From NCBI GenBank assembly GCA_045586185.1, contig JAZMZV010000246.1, forward strand, positions 10,945 through 74,944: a stretch of DNA of 64,000 nucleotides, in the 5' to 3' direction. A program made the translations under genes and the position numbers. Under the pieces are notes generated by a model. That model searched no databases. It was not told the DNA's origin and was given only the letters and a program-made list of their open reading frames with translations. The stretch comes from Thermoguttaceae bacterium. Its GTDB lineage: Bacteria > Planctomycetota > Planctomycetia > Pirellulales > Thermoguttaceae. Below are positions 36,741 through 45,197 of this stretch, piece by piece (position 1 is the first letter of the stretch; every line of letters starts with the position of its first letter).

Positions 36741-39700
36741 ATGAAATTCACATCATTATCGCCGGAAAACCGTAAACAAGCTGAAAGAGTTCTTGGCTAT
36801 CTTAACTTTTCGACAGGAAGTTTTGATCCGAAGTTTTTCCGTGATTTGGACGATTTATTTTACGATTTGGACATTCTCAATCGGGCGCAGCAGGATCGTG
36901 AAGCCACGTTTATCAAGCAGGATTCTTCTTTATCCGGGGAGAGCAAACAGGCGGTCGCCGATTTGTCAGAGTCATCACAAACCGTTCCGACCTATCAGCT
37001 TCTTTACAATGTTCTCAAAGACGGTCTGAACTATCTTCAACAGGAAACGACAACGTTCAAAAACAACGCTCAGGCTCTCGGCGCTCTCTGCTTTACCTTC
37101 GACCACGTCTTACCGGCATACAAGGAATTTCATAAAGATTTACTGTACCATCAAACGGAAGACTCTCTGTTTACATCGTTTTTTATAGCGCGAACGCTGC
37201 AGTACGTTCTTCAGACGGAAGCGCCGTGGGACGACTTCAAACAGGCGGACATTATTCATCGTCTTAACGACTACGTCGGCTACCGTCCTACGGCGGTTTT
37301 ACACAACCGCCAAAAGATGCAGCCGTACTCTCACGAATTCTTTCAGCCCATTCCTTTATATATAGAAGGCGTTGGCATCTGGAAAGGACCGTATTACGAC
37401 GTCTGCAAAATAGCGTTGGAGATTCTGCACAAAACAGACGACTCCATTTTAACCAGAGCGTACTTCGATCCAGACAAGATGCGTGAATTGGCTATCGACG
37501 TCCGCACGATGGATTTCGATCATCCTGTCAACCGCAGACTCAACTATCCATTTGGTTCCTGGGACGCTTCCAGCGTAGACAACAAAGGCTTTTTCCGTCG
37601 ATATATCATTCATCAAACAACGCTGGACGCCATCTGCAGCCGAACGCTTGGTTCGAATCTGCCTTATGAAGAACTCGTTTATGAAGCAGGCGCCGTTCTG
37701 GCGGGAACCATGCTCATGGGCGCGTCCATTAACGGCTCCAGTCCGGATTCGCATGATAGTTCCGTTACTCTTTCCAAACTGCTGTTGATTGTCGCTCAGT
37801 ATCGAGACGAATTCTACGAATCTCTGATGGAGAAATCCCCGGAGCCAATTCGCTCTCGACTCATTGACGACATCAAAACATACCGACAGCCCTTTGGAGC
37901 GGCGAGACAATATTTTAATCACATCTTGTCCAAACTGCGGGCAGAGCAGCTGCAAAACGTTCAGCTGGCGCGGCTGTACGCCTGGATGGGATATCCGGAA
38001 GCGGCTCAAGACAGAGCCGGTCTGGTTAAAAGCATTTCCGCCCGAATGAGATGTCAGATTGATTGTCTCATTACCAACGCTCATTCTCTTCTCGACGACG
38101 ACTGCGTAGACGAAGTTGTTCCGTTGATTAAACAAGTCGAAACGATTCTGGACGACGGCATTCAGTGCGGAGCCTTTGCCGACCCATGGAATATTCTCGG
38201 TTTTGAAGGACAATTCCCGCTGTTTCATTCCGCAGAAGACACTACGCCAGACCAGCGAATTGACGAACTGATCAATCTCATGGGAGCGATTTTCAATCTC
38301 TATTCCAGAGCGATGCGTCAAGCCGCCGTGTTTAATAAAACGTCGTTAAATGAAAAGTTCTCTGCTAACATGCATCGATTGGCGAACTGGTGGGATCAAT
38401 TCGCCTCAAGCGAGCTCAGTTCCATCGAAAGCATTTCCGGAGAAGAAAGCTGGGAATCCGCCAACCAGGTTGCAGACGCGTTATCCGTTTGGAAAAAAGC
38501 CGGCGCCGCAGCAGGCGACATCAAATTCTGGCGTCCTCAAGTAGAAAACTTCGATTCGACAAAAGCGTACGCGCTGCTAATCGAAGAACTCATGGATCAA
38601 AACGATTACGTTGCCGCGATGGCTCTGCTGATGAACTGGCTTAGCGCGTCAGACGAAATCCTCCTGGACGACGGAGACTATACAATTCATCCGCTAATTC
38701 TTCGATGGATGGAAGAGCAATGGTTTAACTCCACAAAAATTGATCGCATTGAAGGACGGCGCGGCAAAGAGACAAAAGACGGCTGGTCGGCAGCGAAAAA
38801 GTTTATCGATTTCCTCGAAGCCAACGCCGGCGCATACTGGGAAATTCCTCATCTGGAAGTTTCTCAAAACAAGTTCCCGTCTTTTGACGAATTTAAACAG
38901 GGGCTTAAAGACGACTCCGTCGACAGCGACAGCATCGACGATCTGTTTCTCAATTTTATGGGAATGCCCAAGCCCCCTGCCAAGGACGCCAATCCCGACG
39001 ACTTCATTCCTCTTGATGAAAATGAGGAAGATGAAGACTTTGACGAAGACGACGAAGACGAGGACAATCTCTTTCGCAGCGCTTACGAAAACGTAATTTA
39101 TCACGATACAACAGACGACGGAATCGACAGCGACATGATGGACGACAAGTCCGCCGATCCGCTTGGCGATTTCGAACTGACGGATGAAATGGAAAGAATC
39201 AGCGATCGTCTGTTGTTTTGGGTTACGGTCGCTCGACTGTGGAAAATGTCCGCCGTCTTTTCTCTTAACTATGCCGGCGAACATCCTGACAGAGACGAAA
39301 CGCTGCAATCGTGGGCAAAAATCGGGCGAGAAAAACTCTATCAGCTACTTTATCTGGCAAACGAAGTGGAACGGTTCAAGATTTCTGCGCCGTCAGACTC
39401 TCGCCAGTCCATGATCGAATATGAACAGCGCCGTTCAATTAAAGACGCTCTTTTGGAACGGCTCATGTCAACCATTGTCGAAATGGAAGACGTTTGCCGA
39501 ATTCTTGCCGCAACGCAAACAGAACCAATTCCCGCAAAAGACAACTCGTGGGAAACGCTCAATCAACGGATTCTTCAGGCAGTTCTCCATTCAGACGTCG
39601 ATCTGATTCACAAACTATGGCAGCCGTTTTTGGAAGTTCTAAGCGAACAAACGCTGCTGTATCGTCCGATCTCTCGCGGAGGAAGCGTTCAAAAAATTGC

Positions 39701-40910
39701 GAAGTCAAAAGGCGTTCAGACAGTTATCCAACGTCTGCTCAATACGCTCCCCAAACTGGGTCTGATGTTATTGTCCGTAGATCTGATCAAGATCAGTCAA
39801 AAGATTGAACAGATTCATCCAATAGGCATGGGCGCCATTACCCGTTTTGACAAAATATTTGAAGTCGCCTGTTTTGGGATGGTTCGCAACATTATCGAAA
39901 ACAGTTCTCATCGACGTCCAAACTGGTCTGTTAAATCTCTGACTGAAACATTGGAAAAACTTGCAGAAGCCCTCTTATTAACCTGGCTGCCTCACGCTAA
40001 CGGAATTCGCGTTTCCTCAATTGAACCGGTTCTCGGTCAAGATCAGTGGGCTCGCTGTCAAGCGTTTATCAAAAAATATGGGAAAGACCTGTTCTCGCCT
40101 ATTCACATGGGCTATGGAGAACTTCAGGCGATTCTTCATCAGACCGTTCCTGTATGGCTGAAAAACCTTATGGAATCCGAAGAGCCTGAGATGGGTGAAA
40201 AACTGCTGGAAGATTTAGATAACGATAAAATCTCTTTTGAGGAAGCGTGTCACTGGCTTGAGCTTATCTACGACACCATTATGGAGTATTTCGGTCAATA
40301 CATTGATTACAACTCAACCACAACGCAGTCCGATAAAGGAGAAATGCTCTATACGTTACTGGATTTTCTGCGTATTCAAGCTGGTTACGACCGCATCGTC
40401 TGGAAGCTCATGCCTGTTTCAACCATTCATTCCGTCCTGGTTCACGAAGGAAAAATGGAAGCGGCAGATTTCTGGCTTCAAGCGATTGCGCATCGTCTTA
40501 ACGAAGAAGCGGATTCTCAATGGGAACGTTACGTTCAACTTCAAAAACAATACGGCATGCTCATGTCTGCCATCGGCGACAGAATTGAAGAACGCTTTGT
40601 CAGACCGCTGGAAGTTGAACAGCTGTGTTCACTGATTGAACCCGCCATCAACGAAAAGCGGGAAAAGAAGCCTCTTGTTTCGTTTAAAGCGTTTAGCGAC
40701 GGCGTTGATCAATTTGCTCAAACGCCAAAAGGCAACGGATTCGAACTGCCTGCCTGGCTGGAATCCATCGAAAAAGAAGCTCAGAGAATTCGAAACCGTT
40801 CGGAAGAAGAAGACGAAATGCTCGATTTGTCTGCATATATCAAACCTGTTATGCAAACAAAAGAAAGGCTTCTCAAGATAATATCAGAAATGAAAAAGCA
40901 GGTTCCCTGA
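36741..40910 (+). CDS. very large hypothetical protein (1389 aa) co-directional with top6A; no recognisable catalytic motifs
   Basis: Start moved to ATG 36741 (MKFTSLSPENRK). Uninterrupted ORF with a helix-favouring composition and an acidic tract DENEEDEDFDEDDEDEDN (~39013-39069). No GHKL N-box, G1 or G2 motifs seen. An intrinsic terminator follows at 41022. Confidence 0.85.
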   Translation: MKFTSLSPENRKQAERVLGYLNFSTGSFDPKFFRDLDDLFYDLDILNRAQQDREATFIKQDSSLSGESKQAVADLSESSQTVPTYQLLYNVLKDGLNYLQQETTTFKNNAQALGALCFTFDHVLPAYKEFHKDLLYHQTEDSLFTSFFIARTLQYVLQTEAPWDDFKQADIIHRLNDYVGYRPTAVLHNRQKMQPYSHEFFQPIPLYIEGVGIWKGPYYDVCKIALEILHKTDDSILTRAYFDPDKMRELAIDVRTMDFDHPVNRRLNYPFGSWDASSVDNKGFFRRYIIHQTTLDAICSRTLGSNLPYEELVYEAGAVLAGTMLMGASINGSSPDSHDSSVTLSKLLLIVAQYRDEFYESLMEKSPEPIRSRLIDDIKTYRQPFGAARQYFNHILSKLRAEQLQNVQLARLYAWMGYPEAAQDRAGLVKSISARMRCQIDCLITNAHSLLDDDCVDEVVPLIKQVETILDDGIQCGAFADPWNILGFEGQFPLFHSAEDTTPDQRIDELINLMGAIFNLYSRAMRQAAVFNKTSLNEKFSANMHRLANWWDQFASSELSSIESISGEESWESANQVADALSVWKKAGAAAGDIKFWRPQVENFDSTKAYALLIEELMDQNDYVAAMALLMNWLSASDEILLDDGDYTIHPLILRWMEEQWFNSTKIDRIEGRRGKETKDGWSAAKKFIDFLEANAGAYWEIPHLEVSQNKFPSFDEFKQGLKDDSVDSDSIDDLFLNFMGMPKPPAKDANPDDFIPLDENEEDEDFDEDDEDEDNLFRSAYENVIYHDTTDDGIDSDMMDDKSADPLGDFELTDEMERISDRLLFWVTVARLWKMSAVFSLNYAGEHPDRDETLQSWAKIGREKLYQLLYLANEVERFKISAPSDSRQSMIEYEQRRSIKDALLERLMSTIVEMEDVCRILAATQTEPIPAKDNSWETLNQRILQAVLHSDVDLIHKLWQPFLEVLSEQTLLYRPISRGGSVQKIAKSKGVQTVIQRLLNTLPKLGLMLLSVDLIKISQKIEQIHPIGMGAITRFDKIFEVACFGMVRNIIENSSHRRPNWSVKSLTETLEKLAEALLLTWLPHANGIRVSSIEPVLGQDQWARCQAFIKKYGKDLFSPIHMGYGELQAILHQTVPVWLKNLMESEEPEMGEKLLEDLDNDKISFEEACHWLELIYDTIMEYFGQYIDYNSTTTQSDKGEMLYTLLDFLRIQAGYDRIVWKLMPVSTIHSVLVHEGKMEAADFWLQAIAHRLNEEADSQWERYVQLQKQYGMLMSAIGDRIEERFVRPLEVEQLCSLIEPAINEKREKKPLVSFKAFSDGVDQFAQTPKGNGFELPAWLESIEKEAQRIRNRSEEEDEMLDLSAYIKPVMQTKERLLKIISEMKKQVP

Positions 40911-41021
40911 GTTAACCAATAAATAACGACTCAACGCATCATTCGTTAAAATGCGCTAATTATCAGGGTCTGGGCTAAATCATCTCATACAAGAATGACT
41001 CTAACTCTCGAAAGAAAAAGC

Positions 41022-41057
41022 AAGGCGTTAATCGTCATTAGCGTCTTGTTTTTTTTC
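41022..41057 (+). terminator. intrinsic terminator after the 1389-aa gene
   Basis: 11-bp stem AAGGCGTTAAT/ATTAGCGTCTT (two G-U pairs), loop CGTC, then GTTTTTTTTT. Confidence 0.6.
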
Positions 41058-41485
41058 TCAATGAACATTTAACGCTTGCGGTTATTAATTCGTTCAAGTT
41101 CATGATTGACAAATGAACCAAAAGAATTCTTTTTAGCGCTTCGCAGTCTAAAAACATTTGACGATCATTAATTCATCAACATAAAAATGCGTTTGATTCA
41201 ATTGCGTTATACTGTTTCATTCATAACTACAAATCCTCAAATAATGCGTATTTTCAGGGCTTTTCAGCAATTATCATCACTGTTCAATCAAACAACAAAA
41301 ACATCTCAACAGATTTTAAAATTGTTATTAAAAAAGTTCAGATAAAAAATTAATCATCATGTTTGTTTAACAAATACATTGATGTCATTTCTCAAAATTA
41401 TGGTCTGTCGATAGCATTATTAAAACTTTTTCAAAACTTTTTCAAGTATTTTTTATTTTTTTTATGATTTTTTATGAAAGACGTC

Positions 41486-41512
41486 TTGCATAATTCTGAT
41501 TTATGGTATATT
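41486..41512 (+). promoter_or_regulatory. promoter with extended -10 for the H1-like gene
   Basis: TTGCAT (41486-41491), 15-nt spacer ending in TGG, TATATT (41507-41512). About 190-nt leader. Confidence 0.4.
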
Positions 41513-41532
41513 GTTTTATTAATAACACACGC

Positions 41533-41544
41533 GTTCAATTGAAC
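41533..41544. promoter_or_regulatory. perfect 12-nt palindrome GTTCAATTGAAC (operator candidate)
   Basis: It lies ~20 nt downstream of the putative -10. A related imperfect site GTTCAAATTGATCAAC is at 41574-41589, and GTTCA...TGAAC is at ~41093-41125. Confidence 0.35.
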
Positions 41545-41704
41545 AAACTTTTTTCAAATTCAAAACAAGATTCGTTCAAATTGATCAACGTTTTTTAGGT
41601 TCAAGGGAATACGCCTCACCAGTTAAATTCCGACAGACGCGGATCGTCTTCGGTCATCGAATTGAGTCGATGTCACGTTCGTTTACAAGAGGCTTCCCCA
41701 AACT

Positions 41705-41941
41705 ATGGATGGAGGATTTACTGTGGCTACTGAAACCAAGAAGACTGCTGCAAAGAAGACCGTTGCCAAGAAGGCTGCCCCGGCTGCTAAGAAAACTGCT
41801 GCCAAGAAGACCGTTGCCAAGAAGGCTACGACCAAAGCCGCTCCGGCTGCAAAGAAGACCGTTGCCAAGAAAGCTGCTCCGGCTGCCAAGAAGGCTTGCG
41901 GTTGCAAGAAAGGCGCTTGCAAGAAAGCTGAAACCAAATAA
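41705..41941 (+). CDS. histone H1-like lysine/alanine-rich DNA-binding protein (78 aa)
   Basis: AAKKTVAKKAAPAAKKT repeats, flanked by a promoter-like element and a strong terminator. The alternative frames (41670-42062 and antisense 41683-41937) are by-products of the repeat. Confidence 0.6.
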   Translation: MDGGFTVATETKKTAAKKTVAKKAAPAAKKTAAKKTVAKKATTKAAPAAKKTVAKKAAPAAKKACGCKKGACKKAETK

Positions 41942-42017
41942 GCTTTGTGTCTTAATCTGGCAGCGTTACAGACAATCCTCGTTAATGCTGTCAGATTTCA
42001 GAGAAAATCGCATTTTC

Positions 42018-42058
42018 AAAACAGGATTGCAATTAACCAATTGCAATCCTGTTTTTTT
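42018..42058 (+). terminator. intrinsic terminator after the H1-like gene
   Basis: 17-bp perfect stem AAAACAGGATTGCAATT/AATTGCAATCCTGTTTT, loop AACC, then a T-run. Confidence 0.8.
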
Positions 42059-42209
42059 GTAAACCTCTATATGATTAGCTGTGGAATACTTTTATAATCA
42101 AAGGTTACAGTTTCTTCTGTCCGTCCACCTTCCATTTTCTTTGGAATTGAATATAATACATCTATTATTATCATCTAACAAATAATTTGATTATTCAAAC
42201 GATACAAAT

Positions 42210-44210
42210 ATGGGTTTAAATCCTCAACAGCAAGAAGCTGTCGACACGTTATCCGGGCCGCTGCTGGTTTTAGCGGGAGCGGGATCAGGCAAGACGCGAG
42301 TTGTAACAATGCGAATCGCCAATCTGATAAAGCACGGCGTCGCGCCGCAGAGAATCCTGGCGGTTACGTTTACCAACAAGGCGGCAAAGGAAATGAAAGA
42401 CCGCATTATGCAAACGCTCGGTTTAACCGGTTCGCATCAGCGCGGCGTCGCCGTTCCGGAGATTTCAACGTTCCATTCCCTTTGCGTTCGAATCCTGAAA
42501 CGCAACATTCATCATTTGGGATATCCAAACGAGTTCGCCATTCGCGACCGCGGAGATCAGGAAAGCCTCGCCCGTCAGGTTCTCAAGGAGATACATTGTT
42601 CAGAAGCCGCTCTTAAACCGTCGGATTTGGTTAACCAGATTGGCGCGTGGAAAACGCAGGGCATTCGACCCCGCGACGCCGGACGCTATGCGGAAAACGA
42701 CAAACAGCATCTTGCCGCCGTTGCGTATCGACATTATCAGGATGGGCTCAAAGCGGCAGGCGCCGTTGACTTCGACGACCTGCTGTTGCTCACCGACGAT
42801 TTGTTTACTCAGTTCCCGGAAGTCGCGCAGGCGGAATCGGAACGCTTTGATCACATTCTCGTTGACGAGTATCAGGACACAAACCAGTCGCAGTACAAGA
42901 TTGTCAAAACGCTGGCGCAACGACACCGCAATCTGTGCGTCGTTGGCGACGACGACCAGTCCATTTACGCCTGGCGAGGCGCCGAGGTTACGCATATTCT
43001 TCGATTCCAAAACGACTGGCCAGAAGCGAAAGTCATTCAGCTGGTAACCAACTACCGGTCAACCAACGAGATTATCGAATGGTCAAACCGACTCATTGCA
43101 TTCAACCGCGTTCGACATCCCAAAGTTCTGGAAGCGACGCGGTCTGGGGAACGTCCGCGCATTCTCCAAATGGACGACGGGGAAACGGAAGCCCTTCGCG
43201 TTGTGCGAGAAATCAAACTGCAAATCGACAACGGCAGACGTCCGTCGGACTTCGCGATTCTCTTTCGCACCAACGAACAGCCTCGCGCGTTTGAAACCGA
43301 GTTCCGGCGTCAGCGCGTGCCCTACGTTTTAGTAGGCGGGCAATCGTTCTTCGACCGGAAAGAAGTGCGAGACATTCTGGCGTACCTGCGAACTGTCGTT
43401 ACAAATAAAGACGAAATCTCTTTGCTGAGAATTATCAACACGCCTGCCCGCGGCATCGGTCAGACGACGGTAACGCAAATCATGGAACACGCCGTTACCA
43501 ATCACATTCCCATCGGTGAGTTTCTGCCCCGCTGTTCGGAAGCGCTCAACTTCAAGCCGCAAACCGCCAAAGCCGTCGCGGGATTTCACGAACTCATTGC
43601 CGACCTGCGCCGCAAATCGCGCCAAATGCCGCTGGTCGAGTTTATTCAGTATTTGCTGGACAAGATTCAGTATCGGTCGGAAATCGCGCGTCTGTACGAA
43701 AAGCCGGCGGATCAGGACGAACGCTGGAACATGGTTCAGGACCTGGTCAACGCGGCGGGCGAGTTCGTCAAACGTCAGCAGGAATCCGGAGAAAAGCCGA
43801 CGCTCTACAACTTCGTCCAGGAGCTGACGCTTTCAGACTGGTCGTCCTCGCCAGATGATAAAGAGGAAAAACTGGCGGGCAACAACGTTACGCTCATGAC
43901 GCTTCACGCCGCCAAAGGATTGGAGTTCCCGGAAGTGTACATGGTCGGGATGGAAGAAGGGCTTTTGCCGCACAAAAAGTCGATTGAATCGTACGAAGAA
44001 AAAGACATCGACGAAGAGCGCCGCTTGTGTTACGTCGGATTTACCAGAGCGAAACAAAAGCTGACGCTCACGTTCGCTTTGACGAGAATGAAATGGGGCA
44101 AACAGCGCGAAACGATTCCCAGTCGGTTCCTGTACGAAGCGACGGGACAGTCCGAGAACCCCAACTATTACGCAGCGATCAGCGGCCGCCCGCCAAAGAA
44201 AAGCCGTTGA
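42210..44210 (+). CDS. pcrA: UvrD/PcrA/Rep-family ATP-dependent DNA helicase
   Basis: Walker A AGAGSGKTRV, motif II ILVDEYQDTNQSQY, TLMTLHAAKGLEFP and RLCYVGFTRAK. Confidence 0.9.
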   Translation: MGLNPQQQEAVDTLSGPLLVLAGAGSGKTRVVTMRIANLIKHGVAPQRILAVTFTNKAAKEMKDRIMQTLGLTGSHQRGVAVPEISTFHSLCVRILKRNIHHLGYPNEFAIRDRGDQESLARQVLKEIHCSEAALKPSDLVNQIGAWKTQGIRPRDAGRYAENDKQHLAAVAYRHYQDGLKAAGAVDFDDLLLLTDDLFTQFPEVAQAESERFDHILVDEYQDTNQSQYKIVKTLAQRHRNLCVVGDDDQSIYAWRGAEVTHILRFQNDWPEAKVIQLVTNYRSTNEIIEWSNRLIAFNRVRHPKVLEATRSGERPRILQMDDGETEALRVVREIKLQIDNGRRPSDFAILFRTNEQPRAFETEFRRQRVPYVLVGGQSFFDRKEVRDILAYLRTVVTNKDEISLLRIINTPARGIGQTTVTQIMEHAVTNHIPIGEFLPRCSEALNFKPQTAKAVAGFHELIADLRRKSRQMPLVEFIQYLLDKIQYRSEIARLYEKPADQDERWNMVQDLVNAAGEFVKRQQESGEKPTLYNFVQELTLSDWSSSPDDKEEKLAGNNVTLMTLHAAKGLEFPEVYMVGMEEGLLPHKKSIESYEEKDIDEERRLCYVGFTRAKQKLTLTFALTRMKWGKQRETIPSRFLYEATGQSENPNYYAAISGRPPKKSR

Positions 44211-44224
44211 TAAAACCTGCTTCG

Positions 44225-44920
44225 CTATTCAAAGTATTTTTCCCAGAGGCTTTCCGTCCAGAGGCAAATGGCGGACTGTTTGCCGTCGTCTGCAATAACC
44301 GGGTCAACGGCGACAGCGTCATAAAGCGATTTCCAGATGCGGAAAATTTCTGTCATTTGAGCGTGGTTTTCGACCTTCTCAACTGTCAAACCGAGGATGT
44401 TAGACTTTTTCAAGAACTCGTCGGCAATCGCGCTTGAAGAAAACAGAACGACGGCGGAAATCGGTTTGCCGTCTGGCATTTGCGTGTTGATAACAACGTA
44501 TTTCTTTTCAACTCCCTTTTCTGACATGACGTAAGCAGGATACTGCCACGGGGCGGCGCGGTCTTCGCCTTCCTGTTTGGATACGGGCGGAAGCTGCTCC
44601 AGAATGTTGTCGATGGAATCAATCCACTCCGTTTTGACAGCGCCGTCTTCCGTAACTTGCGGATTCCACGCCAGATGAGTATACGGTTTGTTAAACAGCG
44701 TCAGGAAAAAGACGAGGTCTTTGTACGTGAACACCGTTCGCACTTCCGCGCCGAGAATGGCGGCTTTTTCGACGAACTTCTCCGCCGCGCGTTCTTCCTG
44801 AAACAGAGCAATAGCGAATTCCGGATTCTCTTCCGTATGCGCGTCCGTCGACAGGCAGACGAATCCGTTTTCAATCAAAACAACGTGAAGCGGCAATCGA
44901 AGTTGAAAGATTTTTTCCAT
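44225..44920 (-). CDS. hypothetical protein with internal duplication (231 aa)
   Basis: Two similar halves (AIALFQEERAAEKFVEKAAILGAEV... and AVVLFSSSAIADEFLKKSNILGLTV...). No family that I can name with confidence. Confidence 0.7.
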   Translation of the reverse strand: MEKIFQLRLPLHVVLIENGFVCLSTDAHTEENPEFAIALFQEERAAEKFVEKAAILGAEVRTVFTYKDLVFFLTLFNKPYTHLAWNPQVTEDGAVKTEWIDSIDNILEQLPPVSKQEGEDRAAPWQYPAYVMSEKGVEKKYVVINTQMPDGKPISAVVLFSSSAIADEFLKKSNILGLTVEKVENHAQMTEIFRIWKSLYDAVAVDPVIADDGKQSAICLWTESLWEKYFE

Positions 44921-44930
44921 AGCGTGAGCA

Positions 44931-45020
44931 GGGAATAGGGAATAGGGAATGGGGAATAGGGAATGGGGAATAGGGAGTAGGCGAGGCGCTAACGCTCTCT
45001 CGCAACTCGTCGCTACTCAA
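44931..45020. repeat. heptamer-array element (GGGAATA/GGGAATG arm / CTCGCAA arm)
   Basis: GGGAATA/GGGAATG/GGGAGTA x8, GGCGAGGCGCTAACGC, TCTCTCGCAACTCGTCGCTACTCAA. It starts 11 nt from the minus-strand ATG at 44920. Confidence 0.9.
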
Positions 45021-45133
45021 TATCTAACTACTAATTATACCGAGTACATCTCAATCGTCAAGACGGCGCTGTTTTTTTCCTGCGCCCTCTTTTATTCTAA
45101 TTGAAATTCTATTATAATAAGGAATATATTATT

Positions 45134-45182
45134 GAGGCGTTTGCGTTTTCTCGCAACTCGCAACTCGTAACTCGCAACTCAA
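45134..45182. repeat. GAGGCGTTTGCG centre plus CTCGCAA arm in the leader of the GH43-like gene
   Basis: GAGGCGTTTGCGTTTT followed by CTCGCAACTCGCAACTCGTAACTCGCAACTCAA. It ends 15 nt before ATG 45198. Confidence 0.9.
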
Positions 45183-45197
45183 TTTCAAATTGCCATC

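Noticed and set aside
40911-41704. AT-rich island as the chromosomal replication origin
   Set aside because: I saw no cluster of DnaA-box-like 9-mers (TTATCCACA or its complement). No dnaA or dnaN is adjacent, and gyrB is 12 kb away and not linked to it.
41670-42062. Alternative frames over the K/A-rich gene (41670-42062 plus strand, R/P/L-rich; 41683-41937 minus strand, A/F/L-rich)
   Set aside because: All three frames are open because of the GCN-AAG repeat. Only the K/A-rich frame resembles a known protein class, and it fits the promoter and terminator spacing. The 41670 frame would run through the terminator hairpin.
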